Source: Bugula neritina
Lineage: Eukaryota; Animalia; Bryozoa
Assembly (NCBI GenBank): GCA_964035545.1
Contig: OZ037771.1
Location: 4,993,190-5,057,189, forward strand
Reading direction: 5' to 3'
DNA: 64,000 bases
The number at the start of each line of letters is the position of its first letter. The first letter of the stretch is position 1. Position numbers and translations under genes: made by a program. Under the pieces are notes generated by a model. It worked only from the letters and a program-made list of their open reading frames with translations, was not told where the DNA came from and made no database searches. This document shows positions 49,945-58,923 of this stretch, in pieces.

Positions 49945-50082
49945 TCTCTCTCAACTCACACATCTACACACATTAGTTGTGTCTGATAATAAGTTAGGAA
50001 CATTACCCGAGGTGATACCAAAGATGGAGTCACTTACACAGTTATATCTAGTGCACTGTGACTTACATACATTACCAGACAG
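49945..50082 (+). CDS. LRR exon 5; gene continues downstream
   Basis: Same structure; TLVVSDN and QLYLVHC; donor present, no stop in the spliced frame. Confidence 0.92.
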
Positions 50083-50213
50083 GTGAGATATATTAGTTAT
50101 ATATTGTCGGCTATTATGTAAACATATAAGATATCATATATGATCATCTATTTTATATAAACTATAGAGATTACTAAGTTTGAATAAATCTGATTGCAGC
50201 TTGCGGTATATTA

Positions 50214-51477
50214 TAGTCATGCATAAAGGTTTTGACACCCCCAAATTTTTTACCATTTTTTTTCCCTCTTATTTGCAATTTAAGAAGTTTGACAGGCTAA
50301 AAATCTTCAAATATATATATAAAATGAAACTTCTTGGCTGAACTACAACTCTAGATCATTTTTAATTGTATAACATAAGCTTAGCCATAGAAAAGTGCTA
50401 ACAAGTCCTTTGCCATCAAATTTTGCGGGATTTCAAATTTTCTCTTTATTTGGTTAGCAAAATGAAGAACGATTAATGAGATATCTTTTGTGTGTGTAAA
50501 GTTTCTTGCACATAACGTATCAGTGTTTCAGTGTGAGTGAGTAACTATTAGCACCAATGACTGCTAGGCAGCAGGCTGACATATTCTCCACTAGCACAGC
50601 TGATTTTGTGGTTTATCTCACATTCTGTACCATGCATTGATTACAGTTCTAGCTAAATTGACCATGTCAGTTGGTTTTATCTCAGCTACTCTTCTTTGTA
50701 TTGTCTATAATTTTTAAACTTTTGCATGGGCCACTGAAGTACTTGAACTCTCTCTCTTTTACTAGGAAAGTATGGTATTAAGTAATTTTTTCTACTTTCT
50801 CTAAAGTTGCTTTTTTCTGCACAATCTCCACATAGCTTGCTGCATAACTTCACCTTTCAGAACTTTTTATTTTACCAAGTCTTGCCATGTAGTAGTAATT
50901 TTCATGAGCCAATTTTAAGTATGAAATCACCAATGTCATGACATTCCATAAATCACTCTCCAGTTTCCTGTAATGCTGCAAAACCAAACCCAATTACTTC
51001 TTTCTTTTAGTACTTCTTAGTTTGTTGACTGCTGTCTACTAAAGTTTTGTCTTCCACCACTCACCATAATGAAGTGAAGTTTGAGTTTAGAGGAATACTA
51101 GGTATATTATGTCATTGCTGCTTACTCAGTCTGTAATACAGTTACATTGTAAGTTGCACAAGGTTTGTTTCAAGGTTGAAACTTTGCAAGTATTTATTCA
51201 CTATACACTACTATGCCTTGAATGTACAATGGTACGAAGTCAAAAATTAACACTTGAAAATTTACTTCATATTAGGAACTCCTTTGAGCCAATATAGTTT
51301 ATCCATTTAAAATTATTTAAATATATGTAGTTAGATTAGTAGGCAACATACAAGACCATATGCAAGTTTTGCATTACTTTAAATTGTTTGAAGTATTAAG
51401 AGATTGAAAATCATGTTTAGCCATTTATCAAAGCTGCAAAAAGTGTATGAAGGTGTCAAAACTTTTACGAATGACTG
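50214..51477. mobile_element. Degenerate Tc1/mariner-like element
   Basis: Imperfect TIR of about 26 bp, (C)AGTCAT...GTTTTGACACC, at both ends; TA on the left flank; about 1.26 kb; no intact ORF. Confidence 0.6.
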
Positions 51478-52121
51478 TGATAGTTTTGCAATTATACAAT
51501 TTCCATATGTTGCAATCGTATTATAGTAAATCCAAAGTTTTCAAATGTAATAAAATCTGCAAATTATAAATCAATACTCAATTTTTCACTTTAATAGTTG
51601 TACTGTTAAAGGATTGCTCTATCTTGTCTAATGAATGGCCATTTAGGTCAAACACACATAATATTGTGTTTTTCTAAGCATGCATTGACAAAAAGCATTT
51701 GACCAAAGGTAGAAAAAGTTAGTTGAAGTTGAGGGTGTAGATTGGTAACAGCCAAAACGCCGATTTTGAAATGAGCTGGGAAATGTGACGTAACAGCGCC
51801 AGCATTCCTGCTGGTCACGTGACTATACAAATGAATAATTATAGAAATATGACTGTGAGATGTGATCTTTCAGCTCGTAATTTGTATATTTATAGAAGTG
51901 CAAATGTGAATTTTCTCAATCTATAGTTTTTTGACATTTTAAATAACATGTATGTGATAAAATTAGGCCATATTTTGCTTGTAAACATTAGAAAAAAGCA
52001 TTGCAAAAACATGCATTCTTTAGGATGAATGCCTGCGATCGATCTAAACTAGGTCAGATTGTGCAATATTAAGGGCACACCAAATCTGACCTATATAGCT
52101 CGCTGTAACTGCTTGAGCGTT

Positions 52122-52730
52122 AGTAGTAGGAAGTGGTTGGTTCTGGGACAACCCCTTCCCCCGTCGAGTCTTTGACTCTCCGGTGTCAGGAGGTTGTCCC
52201 AGAACGCAACATTATTCTACTACTCTATTATGTCCCAGAAATTATATGCTCTGGGACAAATATTAATTTTTTATTCACTCGTTACTATTAGTAAGATAAT
52301 ACTTCCTACTACTCTATATTATTTTATTGAGTTTTCAATGTTTGTCCCAGAAATTGTATGTTTCTAGGACAATATTAATTTAGAATATAAATATTTTATT
52401 GAGTTTTTAATGTTTGTTCCAGAAATTGTATGTTTCTAGGACAAATATTAACTTTTTGATGTTATCCTAGAATGCATTCACTCTTTACTATTAGTAAGAT
52501 AATAAATTATTATATGTATAGTGAATATAATAATTTAATACGCAATAGTGTTTAAACGTTATAACTTGGAAATATAATTTCTGGGACAAATATTAATTTT
52601 GTCCCAGAAATTATATGTTCTAGGACATAGAATATTGTCCCAGAAATTATATGTTCTAGGACAAATATTAATTTTTTATTCACTCGTTACTATTAGTAAG
52701 ATAATACGTTGAGAATATAATAATTTAGTG
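52122..52730. repeat. Polinton terminal region with palindromic and tandem repeats
   Basis: Many TTCT(G/A)GGACAA / TTGTCCCAGAA units; terminal AGTAGTAGGAAGT inverted at 52301-52313. Confidence 0.8.
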
Positions 52731-52731
52731 T

Positions 52732-53093
52732 TTAAACGTTATAACTTGGAAATACGGGTTGAGATTCAGTAGATTCTATTATATCACCATCGCTCGTTGA
52801 TATTACTAATTTATTACCAACTGCTCCTTGTAATTTAGGAATAGCGTGATTATTTATATTATAAGTAGTAATAATATCTGCAATGCTTATACCGGTTTCT
52901 ACGATATTACCATCGCTCGAAAGCATTAATAATTTACCTCCGATTGACGGTTGTATTTTATTCATAGCGAAATTATTTATATTACTAGTCGTAATAACAT
53001 CGCTAACGCTTAAGCTACTATCTATAACATTACCCGAAGTAGTTGAAACGGTTAATTTTTCATTTGTGGGTTTCGTAAAAGACGAGTTTGGGT
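52732..53093 (-). pseudogene. Fragment of a repeat protein, possibly fibre/spike-like
   Basis: Three units of about 36 aa, KLxxSxxxGx(V/I)(I/V)(D/E)..., truncated at the junction with the integrase. Confidence 0.45.
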
Positions 53094-53094
53094 A

Positions 53095-53925
53095 TCGGGT
53101 ATTGATAATATTTGGGCGGTCGATTTGGTTGACATGACCGAATTCGCTAAATTTAATAACGGTTATAAATATTTACTAACGGTAATAGACGTGTTTTCAA
53201 AATACGGTTGGATAATACCTTTAAAAAATAAAACCGGTAAAGCCGTTGCTGTAGCTTTAAAAACAATTTTAACTCGTCGTAAGCCTCAACATTTATGGGT
53301 TGATAAGGGAAAATAATTTTATAATAAAGACGTAAAGTCCTTAATAGACTTATATTCTACGGAAAATGAAGAAAAGTCTAGCGTAGTAGAGAGGTGGAAT
53401 AGAACTATGAAAGAGCGAATGTTTAAATATTTTTCGGCTAATAATACTTATAAATATATAGACGTACTATGAGATTTAGTAAAACGGTATAACGAGACTA
53501 AACATTCGTCTATTGGAATGACACCGATTGAAGCTAGTGATCCTTCTAACGAAAATAAAGTACGCATGAAATTGTATCCAAACTTACCAGTACCTTCTAA
53601 ACCTAAATTTACTATAGGTGATAGGGTGCGTATACCTCGTAAAAAACGAACGTTTGAAAAAGGTTATACCGTTAGATGGATGGAGGAGGTGTTTACTATA
53701 AGTAAAATATTATATACGAATCCAACGACTTATAAATTAACTGACTCGGGAGGAGAAGAAATTCAAGGATCTTTTTATGAACAGGAATTACAAAAGACGA
53801 GTCAAGAAATGTATAGAATAGAGCGCGTAATTAAAAAGAAAGGTAAAAAGGCTTTAGTAAAATGGTTGGGTTATCCCGAGTCTCAAAACTCGTGGGTAGA
53901 TTTAAATGTTTTAGAACGTTTATAG
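53095..53925 (+). pseudogene. Retroviral-like integrase with C-terminal chromodomain, N-truncated, two in-frame stops
   Basis: IWAVDLVDM, IDVFSK, WVDKG, VERWNRT, FEKGY and LVKWLGYP...NSWV motifs. Confidence 0.92.
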
Positions 53926-53987
53926 TAAACACAAATGTGTTCGTGTCCATAAAAAGTAGACACAAATTAAACGTAAAGTAGACACAA

Positions 53988-54590
53988 ATGTGTTTGTGTC
54001 CAAGCTTTCAACCGGCTATAACTGACGGAGTCATAAACTTAGACGTAAATACTCAAACGGCTTTAGCGGGTTTAGAATTTGGGGCTTATAACGTAAAATG
54101 GGAAAATGATAAATACATTATTGGTACTAAACCTATACAATTTAATGACGGTAAAGTTATATTTAATAACGAGGAATGCTTAGCGACTAAAGGACTCTTG
54201 AGCCTTTTAACGCGTAAAATACCTATGAATTACGACGATAATGATATAGAAAATTATAGCGATATACTTTATGATGCTGGAGCGATTTATCAAAGTAAAA
54301 ATACTCCCGTAGATAAAAATAGTTATAAGTGGAAACATATTGTCAGACCTATTTGGGAAAAATTATATCCAAAGAGAGCTAAATCCGCCGATTATAAAAA
54401 AGCCAAGAGGGGAAGCGGAGTAGTTTATTTATCGTCTGACCCTAACGCTTTAGTAGAACGACTTCAACTTTTAATTTCTAGCGCTAGAGCCGGAAATACG
54501 GGAGTGCAAAACGAAATTGTGGCTATATTAGACGAATTACTTAGAATGAAAATTATTACTCATGACTATTATAAAAGTATTCTCATATAA
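53988..54590 (+). CDS. Uncharacterised Polinton protein
   Basis: C-terminal GSG...SDPNALVERLQLL...AGN...NEI...LDEL motif that I recognise from Maverick ORFs; start uncertain. Confidence 0.65.
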   Translation: MCLCPSFQPAITDGVINLDVNTQTALAGLEFGAYNVKWENDKYIIGTKPIQFNDGKVIFNNEECLATKGLLSLLTRKIPMNYDDNDIENYSDILYDAGAIYQSKNTPVDKNSYKWKHIVRPIWEKLYPKRAKSADYKKAKRGSGVVYLSSDPNALVERLQLLISSARAGNTGVQNEIVAILDELLRMKIITHDYYKSILI

Positions 54591-54593
54591 TAA

Positions 54594-54914
54594 ATGTATG
54601 TTTACGATAAAAGACAACGATTACAAAGACACTACGCCGGTGGTGGAATATTTGACACCATTAAAAATGTAGTAACTAAAATAGCTAGTAATTCCAGTGT
54701 AAGAGAATTAGGTAAAAAGGCTATAACTAAAGCGGGTACCGCGGCTAGTGAAAAAATTGTTAATGCTATTGAAAAAAGAAGGGAAAAAAAGTTAAACGCT
54801 AAAAGTCAAGCTATACTACAAAAGCTTAATCAAACTAAAAATATATTAAAAGTACTTAATAATAATAATATAAGTAATATTTTAGAAGGTTCTGGCCAAG
54901 CTATAGCTTATTAA
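54594..54914 (+). CDS. Small basic virion protein with predicted amphipathic helix
   Basis: AGG|GIFDTIKNVVTKIAS: possible protease site followed by an amphipathic helix. Confidence 0.6.
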   Translation: MYVYDKRQRLQRHYAGGGIFDTIKNVVTKIASNSSVRELGKKAITKAGTAASEKIVNAIEKRREKKLNAKSQAILQKLNQTKNILKVLNNNNISNILEGSGQAIAY

Positions 54915-54935
54915 GAAATTATTTTACTATAATAA

Positions 54936-56210
54936 ATGGACTCTTTGAATATTACGCATAAAATTGTAACTGATACGAGCGTAGAGCGTGATCAGGTACA
55001 CGAATACGAACCCGTAACGGGAACGAATTTAAATTGCCCCGGTGAAATTAGAATAGTTATTAATCAACAAGATTTGTACGTTCAGCCGAGTAAAAGTTAT
55101 TTGATTATCGAAGGACGTTTAACGAAAAATGACGGAACCGCTTACGCTGACGCCGACTTAGTAACGTTAATTAATAACGGTATGGCTTATTTGTTTAAAA
55201 GTATTAGATATCAACTTGACGGACACGACTTGGAATATATAAATAATCCCGGACACGCTTCGACTATGATGGGTTTACTAACTTATCCCGATGATTACGG
55301 CAAGTCGAGAGGTCTTAACCAGTTATGGTCAAAAGACACTACCGCAGCCGCTGCCGCCGCTAATTTAGGTTTCGCGGCTTGTCAAGTTTATTTGATACAA
55401 AAGCCCGACCCTAAAGGAACTTTTAGTATTAAAGTAGATCTTAGGCATTTATTTGGTTTTGCCGACGATTATGAAAAAGTTTTGTACGGTATAAAACACC
55501 AACTAACGCTAGTTCGCGATACCGACGATAACGCCATTTATAGAGCTAACGGTGTAAATGCGGAAAAAATAACGTTGGATAAAGTGTCGTGGTGGATGCC
55601 TCATATAACTCCAAGTTTTGAAATGAAAAATAAGCTCTATAAGATTATAGAGAGTAAAACTCAACTTCCAATGATATATAGATCTAGATGGTGTGATAGT
55701 ATTGCTGTGCCGCAAACTACAAATTTTACGTGGCATTTGGGTTCTAGAGGAGATACGGAAAAACCTAAATATATTATCGTAGGTTTTTAAACGGATAAGA
55801 CGGAAAGTCAAACGACTAATCCGGCCGTATTCGATCACGTTAACGTTAAAAGCGTATACGCGATGTTAAATAGCGAGCGGTATCCCGAGGTTGATTACGA
55901 TATAGATTTCGCTGAAATGAAGTTTAGTAGAGTGTATGGAGACGCTTCGAAATTTTGCGGAGATTATTACGGTATAAACGAGCTAATCGCTTATTCAAAC
56001 GTATTACCTTCGGAATATAACAATTTTTACGCTTTGTTCGTAATAGACGTTAGTAAGCAAAGCGAGACTCTTAAAAATAGCGTAGCCGACATTCAACTAA
56101 GAGTTCAATTTAGTCAAAACGTGCCGGCTAATACTCAAGCTTACGCGTTAATTTTATCCGATAAGACTATGTCTCTCACTTCCGATGGAAATAATTTAAA
56201 AGTTATATAA
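54936..56210 (+). pseudogene. Major capsid protein (double jelly-roll), one in-frame TAA at 55788-55790
   Basis: Two ORFs in one frame, about 424 codons; HLFGF, KP.YIIVGF, LNSERYP and FVIDVSKQ motifs typical of Polinton MCP. Confidence 0.85.
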
Positions 56211-56967
56211 ATGGATAATAAAATTTTAAGAGAAATTGCCGATAATATGGCCTCTAAACAAACAATGACTATAGGAGTTACCGATACTAAAACGAGAATA
56301 ATTACTCAACTTAATCCGCCTATAGAATTAAATAAAAAAAAAATACGAAATGTGTCTTATTAGTTTAGATACGTTTTATTCTTTTCCAAACATTAGTGCC
56401 GATAGAAATTCCTATAGATGGTCTAAAGACGGTGGTAATACGTGGTATTTAGTTTCGTTACCGATTGGAGTGTATGAATTAGATCAATTAGAACAAGCTA
56501 TTCAAGACGAAATAGTAAAGGAGGGGGGTAATAGAAACGGTATTACTTTACAAGCTAATAAGGTAACTTTTAGAATCATACTTAAATTAAAACCTAATTA
56601 TCGAGTAGATTTTAACGTTGAAAATTCTATAAGAGACGTTTTAGGTTTTGATGCAAAAATATTCGATCAACCTTATATCGAAGCTACGAACATAGTAAAC
56701 ATTTTAAATATAAACGCTATACACGTACAAGTTGATTGTATTAACGGAAGTTATATCGATGGTACTTATAAACCCGTTATTTATTCATTTTTTCCGAGCA
56801 TTAGTCCGGGATATAAAATAATAGAAAAACCTCATAATTTAATATACTTACCCGCTCACGTTAAATATATCAAGACGTTAACCGTTACAGTAACTGATGA
56901 AAAAGGTAATTTATTAGATCTTAGCGGTGAACAACTCTCAATAAGATTTCATTTAAGAGAAGTTTAA
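56211..56967 (+). pseudogene. Minor capsid protein (penton-like), frameshift in a poly-A run near 56340
   Basis: YSFPNI, LPxGxY, VLGF, PGYKIIEKP and DEKGNLLDLSGE...FHL motifs; follows MCP. Confidence 0.75.
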
Positions 56968-56979
56968 TGTATTATATAA

Positions 56980-57549
56980 ATGGGTTATTGCGAAATTATA
57001 GGAAACGTGCCACAGGCGCAAAAACAAAAAATAATGAACGCTTATAGAAGCGGTAAGGGTTGTACTATTAAATTGCCTCTCGAAAGCGGAAATGATAAAC
57101 TAGCCGTTACGAAAACGCAAAACGATAATATTTTAAAAGCGATGAATGCTAATAAAAAAAATATAACGCTCGAAATGTCTCCATCGTTAGTAAAAACTAA
57201 CGCGTCAATGAACGGAGGATTTTTAGGACCTCTATTGGGTATAGCTACGAGAGTAATACCTACGCTATTAAAAACTATTATACCGGGTGTGCTTTCCGGA
57301 GCCGCTAGCGCCGGAGTCGAAAGTGCTATTAAAGGTAAAGGTCTTTATTTGAAAAAAGGCGGGTGCGTATGTTCCGTAGAACCTAATTTAAACGGTTCTA
57401 TTACTTTAAAACCAGTCGCACCGTCTAATTTAATGAAAGGTAACAGTTTATATTTAAAACAAGGTTCTAGCTATATAAAAGGCGAAGGTTTAATTTTAGG
57501 TCCGAATAGTCCGTTTAAAAATATTCCTCTTTTAGGCATGCTGCTATAG
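56980..57549 (+). CDS. Putative core/membrane-active precursor protein
   Basis: NGG|FLGPLLGIATRVIPTLL amphipathic segment; repeated KG(K/N/E)(G/S)L motifs. Confidence 0.6.
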   Translation: MGYCEIIGNVPQAQKQKIMNAYRSGKGCTIKLPLESGNDKLAVTKTQNDNILKAMNANKKNITLEMSPSLVKTNASMNGGFLGPLLGIATRVIPTLLKTIIPGVLSGAASAGVESAIKGKGLYLKKGGCVCSVEPNLNGSITLKPVAPSNLMKGNSLYLKQGSSYIKGEGLILGPNSPFKNIPLLGMLL

Positions 57550-57568
57550 TTAAAGAAAACATATATAA

Positions 57569-57967
57569 ATGGTTGACCCAACAGTAATTATTTATAAAAG
57601 CCTCGACGGCACCCCAATTACCGAAACGATATATAAAAACAATGATTGTGAAAAACGAGTATACGAAAGCGGTGATATTAAAGAAAGAATTATATATAAA
57701 ATATTTAATATAATAGACGAAATGAATAATCCGTCTAACGAGCGCGGAACGTTTGAAGAAATTACTTATAATAATAAAAAAGAAATTATTTATAAAGACG
57801 ATGATAAAAAACTGAAAATAAAAACTATCTACAAAAGTAAAGAAATAATTCAAGAACTTAACGTAGGTTTAATAAGTTATGCAGCGGCTAGAATACCATT
57901 ATTCTTTACTAAACTAAAATACGCTGAAGACGAAATAGAAAAAAGACGAAATAAAAATATATTATAG
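57569..57967 (+). CDS. Hypothetical Polinton protein
   Basis: Intact ORF with TAAATG start; also open in the inverted copy. Confidence 0.6.
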   Translation: MVDPTVIIYKSLDGTPITETIYKNNDCEKRVYESGDIKERIIYKIFNIIDEMNNPSNERGTFEEITYNNKKEIIYKDDDKKLKIKTIYKSKEIIQELNVGLISYAAARIPLFFTKLKYAEDEIEKRRNKNIL

Positions 57968-58109
57968 TTTAAAGAATAAATATATAAATATGCGTATAAT
58001 ACAGCACACGTAATTCGCTCTTAAGACCGACTATTACGCGCTATTTAGCAGCCTATACGGATAATTTTTATATTGAACTCCCTTTTTTAATTAATTATAA
58101 TATAATTAA

Positions 58110-58589
58110 TTAACAAACGTTATTACGAGCGACTATTATATCGCTTTTTTTATTCGATATTACGCTATTAATATCTTTATATTTTTCGGTTATAGCGTCG
58201 TACTCTTGTTCGTCTATATGAGCGTCACTTAAAAATTTTGATAACATAGAATTAATTTCTAATTTAGAATCTTTTATAAACGTATATACGTCTAAATACA
58301 TTAATGTAGATTTAATTAATTTAGCGTCTTGAGAAGAAATAGAAGTAGTAATTACACTCATTATACTTACTATTATAGATAATGGTAATAACGTTTGTTT
58401 AGTAACGTTAGCGTTTAATAACGCCGTAATAATAACACCGCATATTAAATTCGTTGTACCGCATAATCCTGAAATTATTTTTAACAATTTTGATAACCAA
58501 TTAAAACGATTAAGTTTTTGTTCGTATTCGTTTTCTAATTTAATAATTTCATCGTTTAAGAGTTCTAATTTTTCTCGTCGGAAGTCCAT
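58110..58589 (-). CDS. Coiled-coil plus two-transmembrane hypothetical protein
   Basis: Two hydrophobic segments; TAAATG start. Confidence 0.65.
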   Translation of the reverse strand: MDFRREKLELLNDEIIKLENEYEQKLNRFNWLSKLLKIISGLCGTTNLICGVIITALLNANVTKQTLLPLSIIVSIMSVITTSISSQDAKLIKSTLMYLDVYTFIKDSKLEINSMLSKFLSDAHIDEQEYDAITEKYKDINSVISNKKSDIIVARNNVC

Positions 58590-58633
58590 TTATATAAAAA
58601 AAATTGATTTTTATTATTACGTTATTTTTTAAT

Positions 58634-58870
58634 ATGGAGTTTACTAATGAATTACTCGATAAACTAATAGTCCAAGCTAAACAAAAAAAATATATACCTC
58701 TTCCCGAACATACATTTATGCGATTAACCGATTATTATACCTTAAAAATTAATTCAATGTCAAATGAAGATCGTGATAAATTATTTAAACATTTAAATAA
58801 AAGTTTAACATCACGACGTAAAGTAACTAAACTTATAGCGCGAATAAATAAAATTCTTGAAGATGTATAA
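58634..58870 (+). CDS. Small hypothetical protein upstream of PolB
   Basis: ATG at 58634, preceded by AAAATTGATTTT. Confidence 0.5.
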   Translation: MEFTNELLDKLIVQAKQKKYIPLPEHTFMRLTDYYTLKINSMSNEDRDKLFKHLNKSLTSRRKVTKLIARINKILEDV

Positions 58871-58923
58871 AACCAATTTTTTATTTAAAAATTGATTTTA
58901 CCATTTAAAGAAATTATATATAA

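Noticed and set aside
46152-50082. Diversity-generating retroelement acting on the LRR exons
   Set aside because: Variation is not adenine-specific relative to any template copy, and nearby RTs are ordinary RTE and PLE types
52140-52700. CRISPR-like array at the Polinton end
   Set aside because: Repeats are in both orientations with repeated rather than unique spacers; eukaryotic context, no cas genes
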